Virus record (IMG/VR): IMGVR_UViG_3300021256_000006
Span: 35,954 to 99,953 of that record
Strand: one strand, 5' to 3'
DNA from: a virus
Length of the DNA: 64,000 nucleotides
Numbering within the stretch: the stretch's first letter is position 1; each line of letters begins with the position of its first letter. Shown in pieces: positions 44,990-52,883 of this stretch. The notes under the pieces are model-generated. The model had not been told where the DNA came from and made no database searches. It saw only the letters and a program-made list of their open reading frames with translations. The translations under genes and the position numbers were made by a program.

Positions 44990-45331
44990 ATGAGACAAGA
45001 ACGATTTTCAGAGCCTCACAAGCAAGGCTTGATGAAGCTCACTGGTGACAACACAGGACTGGTGTACTGCAACGAGCGCACCGAAGTAGTAACCGACGAA
45101 GAGGGCAACGAAAAGACGGAGTACGTGTACGACGTGTACGAGGTCACAGATGCCCGCGACCCTCACAAGGTGAAGAATGAGGTGATAGAGAATGAGCACC
45201 CCTTCGGCGATGAGACGAAGATACTGCGCAAGACCATTGCCAAGATGCTAAAGGCATCAGGTCAGTATAACAGCGAGGACTTCCGAGAGTTTAAGCAATA
45301 CAACGAATTTGTCGAAAGCATCGACGTATAG
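44990..45331 (+). CDS. hypothetical acidic protein downstream of the RT
   Basis: 113-aa ORF starting 2 nt after the RT stop. No motif recognised. Confidence 0.55.
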   Translation: MRQERFSEPHKQGLMKLTGDNTGLVYCNERTEVVTDEEGNEKTEYVYDVYEVTDARDPHKVKNEVIENEHPFGDETKILRKTIAKMLKASGQYNSEDFREFKQYNEFVESIDV

Positions 45332-45355
45332 CCAAACGCAAATAACACTCCTATC

Positions 45356-45835
45356 ATGTTCCATACTCTCACACACACCTATGACAAGCTGTGCAACATC
45401 CTGCAACGCCCCGCAGGATGGGCACTTGGCATCCTATTTGCCATCGCAAACTACTTTGAGGGACACTCTTTTGTCGTATTCCTCGTCGTCGCTGTCACAC
45501 TCATTGACGCGGCCTGGGGAATAGCGGTCAGTATTCATCAAGGACACTTCACGCTTTCAGAACTCCTGCGGCTCACCATTGCCAAACTCGGCGTGTACGG
45601 TTCAGCCCTCTTTGTATTCGTGGGCCTCGACAAGTTCATGAACAGCACCATCACCACATCCGTCGTCGCTGGTGCCATCGTCCTTGTGGAGTTTTGGAGT
45701 TCCTGCGGAAGTATGCTGATTCTCTTCCCCAACTTTCTCTTCCTCCGTTTATTGAAGAAAGCCCTCACGGGAGAGATAGCAAGCAAATTGAACATTCCCG
45801 AAGAGGATGTTGAAAAAGTGTTGCGCAATGGATAA
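45356..45835 (+). CDS. holin-like membrane protein
   Basis: Three to four hydrophobic helices. 'LIDAAWGIAVSI...KLGVY' resembles the phage holin family 4 pattern. It lies upstream of the endolysin. Confidence 0.55.
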   Translation: MFHTLTHTYDKLCNILQRPAGWALGILFAIANYFEGHSFVVFLVVAVTLIDAAWGIAVSIHQGHFTLSELLRLTIAKLGVYGSALFVFVGLDKFMNSTITTSVVAGAIVLVEFWSSCGSMLILFPNFLFLRLLKKALTGEIASKLNIPEEDVEKVLRNG

Positions 45836-45971
45836 GGTACTCGGATTCTGCGAAATTGATAAGGTGCTTGGCTTTTGCACAATGGATAAGATAGGCGGTT
45901 TCTTGATGATAGCCTTTCTCGTCTGGCTCATGTACGAGGCATACAAATATGACAAGCGAAATCACGGATAA
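45828..45971 (+). CDS. small membrane protein (47 aa)
   Basis: Hand-translated ORF overlapping the holin stop. It has one hydrophobic helix, 'GGFLMIAFLVWLMY'. Confidence 0.35.
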   Translation: MDKVLGFCEIDKVLGFCTMDKIGGFLMIAFLVWLMYEAYKYDKRNHG

Positions 45972-46052
45972 AATCCTTCTTGCTGCCTACACGCTCGCGC
46001 TCTGCGCAATGTTTTGGGCGTGGGCAAAGGACAAGGAATAAATAAGAAAAAT

Positions 46053-46490
46053 ATGAAGTACTTTACTATTACTGAGTTGACAAAAAGCTCGACGGCTCAA
46101 CGGAAAGGCATCAAGAACACACCCAGCGATGAGGTGCGCAAAAGCCTCACGGCCCTCATTGAGAAGGTGCTTGACCCTCTCCGTGAAGCATACGGTAAAC
46201 CTATAGTTGTTAATTCGGGTTACAGGTGCCCAAAACTGAATGCGGCTGTAGGAGGTTCTGCTTCCTCTCAGCACGTCAAAGGAGAAGCAGCCGACATCAG
46301 GAGTGTGGCCGACACGCCCGAAGAAAATAAGAAGCTCTACGACCTCATCGTGAAGTTGAAACTCCCCTTTGACCAACTCATCAATGAGTATAATTTCGAT
46401 TGGGTGCACGTCTCGTTCGGTCCTCGGCATCGACGCCAACGATTGAAAGCGGTAAAGAAAAATGGCAGGACATCTTACATTCCGGCATAA
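46053..46490 (+). CDS. peptidase M15 (D-Ala-D-Ala carboxypeptidase-like) endolysin
   Basis: 'SGYRCPKLNAAVGGSASSQHVKGEAADI' and 'DWVHVS' match the zinc-ligand H..D...H pattern of M15 phage endolysins. Start set at MKYF. Confidence 0.85.
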   Translation: MKYFTITELTKSSTAQRKGIKNTPSDEVRKSLTALIEKVLDPLREAYGKPIVVNSGYRCPKLNAAVGGSASSQHVKGEAADIRSVADTPEENKKLYDLIVKLKLPFDQLINEYNFDWVHVSFGPRHRRQRLKAVKKNGRTSYIPA

Positions 46491-46497
46491 TCTCATA

Positions 46498-46513
46498 ACT
46501 GACAGCGGTCAGT
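46498..46513 (+). terminator. stem-loop after the endolysin gene
   Basis: ACTGAC-AGCG-GTCAGT, 8 nt after the stop. There is no clear U tract. Confidence 0.35.
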
Positions 46514-46623
46514 CGATTCTTTCATATACGTTTAAGGTTAATAATAAGATTAGTGTTTTTTCACGGTTGGCTAACCACTTGGGAAAGCCGTTAGCCATTT
46601 TCAACTCTTAAAAAATAAATGTT

Positions 46624-47220
46624 ATGACAAACTTTGCAAAAAAACACCCAAACATCGCCTCCGTAGTGAGCGTGATTTTATTCTTTGTGTTCATGGCTGT
46701 GCTTTCCGCCCTGACGGGATGCAAGAGCTCGCACCAGGTAGTGACCGTCGTCACAACAGACACGCTGCATGTGTACCACACGGACACGCTGAAGGTGGTG
46801 CACAATGATACCATTCGGGAAGTAATAACCAAAGTGGTGCATGACTCCATCGTTAAGGGGACGATTATCAAGGAGGTGGTGAATGAATTGGGAGAAGTAA
46901 TCCATTCGGAAAAGGAGACCAACAGCGAAGTGTGGCACAACAGCGACACCAATTCATCCCTCATTCAGCATACCGTTGACAGCATCCTTCAAGTCAAGAT
47001 GGATTCTATCTACAATTCCAAGTACAACGAGAAGCCTGTAATTGTTGAGGTGGAGAAACCTACGCCCTGGTATAGGAAGGCTTGGAACTGGATAGTAAAC
47101 AGGTTTGCCCATCTGATGGGTACTTTGGCTTTCTTCTTGCTCCTGTATTTCTTGCCGGATATTCGGAAGGTTATCGGATGGATCATCTCAAAAAGAACAA
47201 GGAATGACTCCGGAACTTAA
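46624..47220 (+). CDS. lipoprotein with a C-terminal transmembrane helix (unimolecular spanin candidate)
   Basis: Signal peptide with lipobox 'LSALTGC' and a C-terminal helix 'LMGTLAFFLLLYFL'. It lies directly after the endolysin. Confidence 0.55.
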   Translation: MTNFAKKHPNIASVVSVILFFVFMAVLSALTGCKSSHQVVTVVTTDTLHVYHTDTLKVVHNDTIREVITKVVHDSIVKGTIIKEVVNELGEVIHSEKETNSEVWHNSDTNSSLIQHTVDSILQVKMDSIYNSKYNEKPVIVEVEKPTPWYRKAWNWIVNRFAHLMGTLAFFLLLYFLPDIRKVIGWIISKRTRNDSGT

Positions 47221-47246
47221 TTAGCAGGTGCTGAACTTGCCGCTTC

Positions 47247-47272
47247 ACCAAGGACAAAAAAATCCTTGGTGT
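47247..47272 (+). terminator. stem-loop terminator
   Basis: CACCAAGGA-N8-TCCTTGGTG, a 9-bp stem 27 nt after the spanin stop. Confidence 0.5.
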
Positions 47273-47300
47273 AATAAATCTCTTACCTTTCATTACACAT

Positions 47301-47386
47301 AAAATGCCCTACAGCATGACCAAGGATTTTTTAACCTTTCTTGCTGTACGGGCATATATTGTTTTTGTGTATGTCGGTTGGTAAGA
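47301..47386 (-). ncRNA. candidate small RNA (minus strand)
   Basis: A minus-strand TACTTTTG box (47393-47400) is followed by about 85 nt ending in a long stem (47306-47353) plus ATTTT. The architecture matches the Cas12a-repeat RNA at 14 kb. There is no ORF. Confidence 0.3.
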
Positions 47387-47423
47387 GTGATGCAAAAGTA
47401 TGGATTAAAAATTAAATAACCAA

Positions 47424-47651
47424 ATGAAAGCGGCAAAATTATTAAAAATCGGTGCAGAAATTCTAAAAATGATGTCAGAAAATGACCTTAGAGTGAAAGA
47501 TGTAGAACATTTAGACCTTTATGTTGACTACAAAAATGCACGCAAAAATAAGGTAAAATATAATGCGATTGTCTATGACCTCTCTATACGGTATAATATT
47601 TCGGAAAGCACAGTAAAACGCATCATCCGGCGGTTTGAAAGGGAGGTATGA
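47424..47651 (+). CDS. small HTH-like protein
   Basis: 75 aa. 'YNISESTVKRIIRRFE' resembles a C-terminal HTH, as in Mor or sigma region 4-like regulators. Confidence 0.5.
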   Translation: MKAAKLLKIGAEILKMMSENDLRVKDVEHLDLYVDYKNARKNKVKYNAIVYDLSIRYNISESTVKRIIRRFEREV

Positions 47652-47783
47652 AGGGGGTCAACGGCTGAACCTTGCATTTTGCCTGTTTGTTTGTTCGTGT
47701 TTGTTTCTTCTACGATATTTGCCATCGTCATTGCGCATGGCAATAGCAAATCATTTTATTAACAAACACAAACACCAAAGATT

Positions 47784-48338
47784 ATGGCATTAGATTCTAA
47801 CGACCTGATGATGCTGAAGGAGATGAATGGCAACATGTCTCCATACGAGCAGTTTAAGGTGGGCCACATGCAGTCACGACGCGCTTCTGGAACGTCTATC
47901 GGTGCACTGGGCGTCGGCATCGGCGCTGCCGTGTTGGGCATCGGAGCATGGGTGTTCGCTCCTCTTTATGGCAATGCAAAGGCTGCACAGGCTAAAGAGG
48001 TGGCTAATGCGGCTAAGGAACAAGCAACACTCCTGGCCGCTGGCACACAGCGACAACTCGACCAGCTCACTAACCTTTTTGCTGCCGAACGTCAAGAACG
48101 CATCAACGGAGATTACTCCATTACGCAAACAGTCAACGACACCGTTTCTTCTGCACAGCAGGGAACGCTGACTGCACAGCAGGCCGCAGAACTCGCCGCT
48201 TCACAGGCTACACAGCAGGTGATGCAGCAGACTTTTGCGGACGCAGTAACCGGACGTTCTTCGCTGAACGCAACTCCTGTGCAGATTTATTCTGCACCAC
48301 AGCCTTGTGGCTGCCCCGGTTGCGGATGCAATGGCTAA
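47784..48338 (+). CDS. membrane protein with a Cys-rich C-terminus
   Basis: 184 aa with a Gly-rich TM helix 'IGALGVGIGAAVLGIGAWVF', a Gln/Ala-rich coiled region and a terminal 'PQPCGCPGCGCNG'. Confidence 0.6.
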   Translation: MALDSNDLMMLKEMNGNMSPYEQFKVGHMQSRRASGTSIGALGVGIGAAVLGIGAWVFAPLYGNAKAAQAKEVANAAKEQATLLAAGTQRQLDQLTNLFAAERQERINGDYSITQTVNDTVSSAQQGTLTAQQAAELAASQATQQVMQQTFADAVTGRSSLNATPVQIYSAPQPCGCPGCGCNG

Positions 48339-48354
48339 ATCTCTTCGAGGGAAT

Positions 48355-48379
48355 GGTATGCCGGACCTTCCGGCATACC
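48355..48379 (+). terminator. GC-rich stem-loop terminator
   Basis: GGTATGCCGG-ACCTT-CCGGCATACC, a 10-bp stem 17 nt after the stop. Confidence 0.55.
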
Positions 48380-48402
48380 TCTCTCTCTAAAAACACGGCA
48401 AA

Positions 48403-48771
48403 ATGTTATGGCTTAATAAGGATAAGGAACGTAAATTGGCTATCATGCAAGCAATAACTCCAACAAGCAAGACCTCTCTAAAAAGACAATGCCTATTTGC
48501 AGCAAAAGGAAACCTGAAAGAGGCAAGGGAACTCTATGATTTCTTTGCTGAGGACTTGAAGGACTTACCTGACTGTGACCCAGTTGCACCTACATGGCAG
48601 GAAAATGCTGCTAATACCGTGAATGGTATTATGGGATGGCTGAAGGAGAACCAGGGAACGCTGGTGGACGCATACTCGTTTGTGCAGGGCATTATCACAA
48701 ACAAGGGAGTGCTGCCGGTCATGAACGTGGCGGAGGATGCGGAACAGGCACTGGAGCCAATCAATGAATAA
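48403..48771 (+). CDS. hypothetical protein
   Basis: 122-aa ORF. The start is uncertain (alternative ATG at 48445, 'MQAITP'). Confidence 0.5.
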   Translation: MLWLNKDKERKLAIMQAITPTSKTSLKRQCLFAAKGNLKEARELYDFFAEDLKDLPDCDPVAPTWQENAANTVNGIMGWLKENQGTLVDAYSFVQGIITNKGVLPVMNVAEDAEQALEPINE

Positions 48772-48782
48772 GGCACGGCAAT

Positions 48783-48995
48783 ATGGCACAGAATAATGTG
48801 AAAAGAATCGCTTTTAATATCTATGCGGACTCTGACGAGGAAGCGGAAAGCGGAAGACAAGCCATCATCATGTTTATCAACATGGTCGGACAGCATGGAT
48901 ATAAGGTCAGCGGAAACAAAATAGCAGAGGCTGTCAATAAAATGAAATCTAATCATTTTATTGCAACACAAGTAATCAATTTCTTTAAAAGGTAA
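48783..48995 (+). CDS. hypothetical protein
   Basis: 70-aa ORF, tightly packed. Confidence 0.5.
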   Translation: MAQNNVKRIAFNIYADSDEEAESGRQAIIMFINMVGQHGYKVSGNKIAEAVNKMKSNHFIATQVINFFKR

Positions 48996-48998
48996 ACT

Positions 48999-49328
48999 AT
49001 GGCAGACAACGGAACAACGGCAACGAATGCCCAGCAAACATCACACTGCACCGGGGATTGCAGGAAATGTATGCCAATACAGAGAGCTTACTGCTCGTCT
49101 CAAATTGCTTACAGCAACATGAAGTTGCTGGATGCACTCACACAGTCTGTGGCAGCGCTTGACAATTCTGTTAAAATGATTCAGGCAAAAGTGGAGGCAA
49201 TTCAAGGCAACGAGGCGCTTCTCTTTGCTCCATCGCATACAGATAGTTTGCCAACACAACAAACTCAAGAACAAGAGGGTCACGTATGCACCGATGCCAT
49301 CGGCGCAGAAACTCCATCTGCAGAATAG
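48999..49328 (+). CDS. hypothetical Cys-containing protein
   Basis: 109-aa ORF with 'HCTGDCRKCMPIQRAYC'. Confidence 0.5.
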   Translation: MADNGTTATNAQQTSHCTGDCRKCMPIQRAYCSSQIAYSNMKLLDALTQSVAALDNSVKMIQAKVEAIQGNEALLFAPSHTDSLPTQQTQEQEGHVCTDAIGAETPSAE

Positions 49329-49427
49329 GCGCACCGCCATACCCCATCGGATGAACATACCATAGCGCAGAGTGGGAGGCGGCGCAGAAAATAGGCCTCC
49401 AAAAACAAACAAACACAAAGTAATATT

Positions 49428-49874
49428 ATGAATTGTAACAACAACGGAAAGACATTTGTGGTAAGTCTTACTACGGTGCCAGGCGGCACAGCTGCCAATG
49501 CCAACTATCTGCTGGCGCTTGAACATTACACTTGCGGGAACCGCAAACTCTGCACACAGGAGGTTTTCCCGGTTACCGCTGACTTGAAAGCACAGGTGAT
49601 TGGAACGCCTGTCAGCGTGGGCAACGGTACATTCTGCTGCGAGGTGCTGGTGAGTGGAACCGTCACATACATGCCTTACGTTTGCGGATGCAACTGCAAC
49701 GTGTGCCCTCGCACGGAAAATATCCACACAACTATTTGCGTGCCTTGCTCATCAGCAGCCGTGCCTACCCTTGCCATCGGCGAGAGTGTGGCTACGCCTA
49801 CTAACGTGCAGCCTTGCTACAACCTTACAAACGCAGTGGCCATCACCACTTCGCTGAATGTAACCACAGCGTAA
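49428..49874 (+). CDS. Cys-rich hypothetical protein
   Basis: 148 aa with 12 Cys, including 'FCCEV' and 'VCGCNCNVCP'. Confidence 0.55.
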   Translation: MNCNNNGKTFVVSLTTVPGGTAANANYLLALEHYTCGNRKLCTQEVFPVTADLKAQVIGTPVSVGNGTFCCEVLVSGTVTYMPYVCGCNCNVCPRTENIHTTICVPCSSAAVPTLAIGESVATPTNVQPCYNLTNAVAITTSLNVTTA

Positions 49875-49877
49875 GGC

Positions 49878-50246
49878 ATGATACAGTGGGAGGATATTGC
49901 TATGCTGGTGTTTGCCTGTGTGTCAGCAAACCACCTCGGGCTGATCGAGGCAATGGAACGTGCTATACGGCACCGCATCCCCATTGCCAACTGCCCTAAG
50001 TGCTTCACATTTTGGAGCGTGCTGTTCACTACCTACTTGACAGGCTGGAATATGATAGCAGCATTGGCAATATCTTTCCTCTGTGCATACCTTGCCATTT
50101 GGCTTGAACTATTGATGGCTTTCATTGACTTAATTTTTCAGAAACTCTATGAAACGATTTATCCCAACACTGGCACCGACGAGACTGCCACAGACAGCAA
50201 CAATGATTTTCCCGACCGCACCATGCCCAACATGCCAAAAAACTAA
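49878..50246 (+). CDS. membrane protein
   Basis: 122 aa with three hydrophobic helices. Confidence 0.55.
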   Translation: MIQWEDIAMLVFACVSANHLGLIEAMERAIRHRIPIANCPKCFTFWSVLFTTYLTGWNMIAALAISFLCAYLAIWLELLMAFIDLIFQKLYETIYPNTGTDETATDSNNDFPDRTMPNMPKN

Positions 50247-50365
50247 AGGAAGAATGAGAAATGCAACAAAGAAGTGAGGATGGACTACCGCCCACAAACC
50301 GAGGAGAAACCTACAAAACAGCAAGGTAATTGCTGTCAAGAAACTGCACCACCCTTCTGCCCCAC

Positions 50366-50474
50366 CCCTGCGTCCAGCGGTTTTCCCGCTGGCCCTCTCT
50401 CCTCCCTCTCTCCTCCCTCTCGTCTTCGTTTTCGTTTTCGTTTCTTCCCCCTGCGCTCAACGGTTTACCCGTTG
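50366..50474 (+). repeat. composite cassette: hairpin - CT-rich/(TTTTCG)n - hairpin (CAACGG variant)
   Basis: Hairpins at 50366-50390 and 50450-50474. Confidence 0.85.
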
Positions 50475-50593
50475 ACCCAACTCCCAATCACCGCATCCTC
50501 ACACCTTCGCATTATCACATCTTCACATTTTAGTATTTCTACATTCTTACATCATTATATTATCAATCTTTCAAATTATCAAATTATTAAATT

Positions 50594-51100
50594 ATGAAAA
50601 CTCCTGAACAAATGAAAGAGCAGTTTGACGAACTGTACAACCTCATGTCGAACAGCAACAATGTTGCTTTCATGCGCACGTTTGGTCATGTGCACAAGGA
50701 AATGATGAACTGGTTCATCGCTAACAAGCCCGAGGCGGCAGAGGAATGGTTGTGCAAACTGGAGAGCATCAAGTGGCATAACTATCTCACGCAGAAGGAA
50801 GCGGACAAGATTGTCGCAGGAATGACCCCTAAAGCGCCATGGAGCCGAGACGCATGGAAACAGGCCATGGACGGACTTGGCATCTCAACGGAAGAGGCAC
50901 CATACTATAACTCTTGTGCGCTCTATACAGAGATGAACAAGATGTATAGCGACCATGCCGAAACCTTGGCTAAGTTGATGGGCAAGACCATTGCTGAAAT
51001 TCCAGCCGAGACAATGGTCAAGGCCATGTACGGCTTTGCCATTGACAACTTGAAGGACAAGGACCACGTGTACAACATCCGCTCCTACTTCAAACTCTAA
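50594..51100 (+). CDS. hypothetical protein
   Basis: 168-aa ORF flanked on both sides by hairpin and repeat cassettes. Confidence 0.6.
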   Translation: MKTPEQMKEQFDELYNLMSNSNNVAFMRTFGHVHKEMMNWFIANKPEAAEEWLCKLESIKWHNYLTQKEADKIVAGMTPKAPWSRDAWKQAMDGLGISTEEAPYYNSCALYTEMNKMYSDHAETLAKLMGKTIAEIPAETMVKAMYGFAIDNLKDKDHVYNIRSYFKL

Positions 51101-51114
51101 CCACACATCTCCTA

Positions 51115-51139
51115 CTTGCGTATGACGGTTTACCCGTCA
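51115..51139 (+). repeat. hairpin element, TGACGG/CCGTCA variant
   Basis: CTTGCGTATGACGGTTTACCCGTCA, with a doubly compensated stem. Confidence 0.7.
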
Positions 51140-51338
51140 CCCCAGCACCCACACACTTGCCGTGTAATTCGGGCACCGACTGAGCATGCCAGCCGGTGCC
51201 CTTCCATTATCAAATGATTACATCATCGCATCGTCACATCATCGCATTTCCGCATTTCCCCGTTTCCGCATCTTCACATTTCCACATTTTCCCATCTTCC
51301 CCCCCCACCCTTTTTTTTATCTCCGTTTTCGCCTTCTC

Positions 51339-51363
51339 CCTGCGTCCAGCGGTTTTCCCGCTG
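51339..51363 (+). repeat. hairpin element
   Basis: CCTGCGTCCAGCGGTTTTCCCGCTG. Confidence 0.85.
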
Positions 51364-51491
51364 GCTCTCCCTCCTCCACCTCCCCGTCTCCCCCTCCTTC
51401 GTCTTCGTCCCCTCATCCCTCATCCCTCATCCCTCATACATCTTCCCTCTTCCCCCCCCCCTCCTCTCTCCCCATCTTCACATTTTCAAAT

Positions 51492-51505
51492 GATGTTATA
51501 TAACA
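51492..51505. promoter_or_regulatory. perfect 14-bp palindrome ATGTTATATAACAT upstream of the parA promoter
   Basis: Perfect dyad 36 nt upstream of the TAACTTTG box at 51541. Candidate operator. Confidence 0.4.
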
Positions 51506-51540
51506 TATAAAAATGTAATCACATTTTCACATTTTCACAC

Positions 51541-51548
51541 TAACTTTG
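51541..51548 (+). promoter_or_regulatory. -7 box TAACTTTG upstream of parA
   Basis: Matches TAnnTTTG, 73 nt upstream of ATG 51622, and is preceded by CACATTTT iterons. Confidence 0.5.
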
Positions 51549-51621
51549 CACCCAGTGAGAAAAATACTGCTGCATCGCATAGCAGCCATTCATCAATAAT
51601 CATTATAAACAACATCAAATT

Positions 51622-52383
51622 ATGGCAAAAACTATCGCAATCCTCAACTTCAAGGGTGGGGTAGGGAAGACGACCACAGCCATCAACCTGGCCGCAGCCC
51701 TGCATAACCACAAAAAGAAAGTCCTTGTAATCGACATTGACTTCCAGTGTAACGCATCTTCCACATTAGGGTACAGACCCAAGGACGGAGACAGCATCTA
51801 CGAGTTGTTTACGGTCAAAGACATCAAGTCTCTTCCTCTCTATGAACGGGAAAAAGGTTTTGACTTTATCCCTTCGTCCATGAACATGAAGAACTTCAAT
51901 GAAATCATGTCTTCACGGAACCGACGTGAGTACATCCTAAAGAAGCTCGTCGATATGGTGCGTGACAATTATGATTTCATCTTTATTGATTGCCCGCCTA
52001 ACGGTGGCCTCTTGAATACAAATGCAATGTGTGCAGCGGACTCTATCATCATCCCTCTTGATTGTGAGCCGTATTCCCTGCAGGGAGTTATCACCATCTT
52101 GGATGAAATCAAATCCATACAGGAGGATGAGGTGAATCCTGACATCAATATCCTTGGTTTTCTCCTTACTCGCTACGACTCTGTGCTGTCTATCCATAAG
52201 GAAGCAGCCAGCATGATGCGTGACCGCTATCCCGGGAAAGTCTTTAACGCAAAGATACGAAAGAACACAGCGCTCTCCAAAGCATCAGCACAGGGAAAGA
52301 CCATCTTCGAGTATGCACCTGACTCTGCCGGAGCCGCCGATTACGACCAACTGGCCCGCGAAATCCTCAAAGCAAAGAAATAA
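51622..52383 (+). CDS. parA: ParA/Soj-family partition ATPase
   Basis: Deviant Walker A 'NFKGGVGKTTTAINLA' plus 'IFIDCPP'. At 253 aa it is typical of small type Ib ParA proteins. Confidence 0.9.
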   Translation: MAKTIAILNFKGGVGKTTTAINLAAALHNHKKKVLVIDIDFQCNASSTLGYRPKDGDSIYELFTVKDIKSLPLYEREKGFDFIPSSMNMKNFNEIMSSRNRREYILKKLVDMVRDNYDFIFIDCPPNGGLLNTNAMCAADSIIIPLDCEPYSLQGVITILDEIKSIQEDEVNPDINILGFLLTRYDSVLSIHKEAASMMRDRYPGKVFNAKIRKNTALSKASAQGKTIFEYAPDSAGAADYDQLAREILKAKK

Positions 52384-52393
52384 CATCTTTCAC

Positions 52394-52418
52394 CAAGCGT
52401 CCATCGGTTCCCCGATGG
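52394..52418 (+). repeat. hairpin element, CCATCGG/CCGATGG variant
   Basis: CAAGCGTCCATCGGTTCCCCGATGG, 11 nt after the parA stop. Confidence 0.7.
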
Positions 52419-52438
52419 GACAAATAAAAATACTAATT

Positions 52439-52765
52439 ATGGCAACAAAGAAAAAACAAGTCCTGACTACAGGATTCCTCGTAGAAACAGAGGAAGATAA
52501 ATATACGGAAAGAAACAAACAGAAGAAACTTGAAGCACAGAAGGGTGGGGGAGTGAACAGCCCAAAAGGGAAGGGCTCCCGATGGAGAGAAACACAACGC
52601 CCTCATGCCAAGTCTATCCATTTTGACGAGGCGCTGCATCAAAAAATAAACTTACTGAAGCACCTCACCAACAAGCCTGTCGAGGATATTATCTACGACA
52701 TCATCCACGAATGGTTTGACACCAACTTTGAAAATAAGAAAAAGGAACTGCTCGGTCAACTATGA
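52439..52765 (+). CDS. small basic protein, candidate centromere-binding partner (ParG/RHH-like)
   Basis: 108 aa from ATG 52439, directly downstream of parA. It has a basic disordered N-terminus, then 'KSIHFDEALHQKINLLK', consistent with a ribbon-helix-helix. The call rests on position. Confidence 0.45.
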   Translation: MATKKKQVLTTGFLVETEEDKYTERNKQKKLEAQKGGGVNSPKGKGSRWRETQRPHAKSIHFDEALHQKINLLKHLTNKPVEDIIYDIIHEWFDTNFENKKKELLGQL

Positions 52766-52883
52766 CCGGGCAGTTCCCATACTAACACATTTCCACATTT
52801 TCACATTTTTACACTTTCCCATTTCCGTATCTCCCCATCCCCCCGTTTTCGTCTTCGTTTTCGTTTTCGTTTTCGTTCTCTCA

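Noticed and set aside
44990-45331. The 113-aa ORF after the RT, considered as the DGR accessory protein Avd.
   Set aside because: The size is compatible, but the protein is acidic, lies on the wrong side of the RT, and I see no Avd-like features. It is left as hypothetical.
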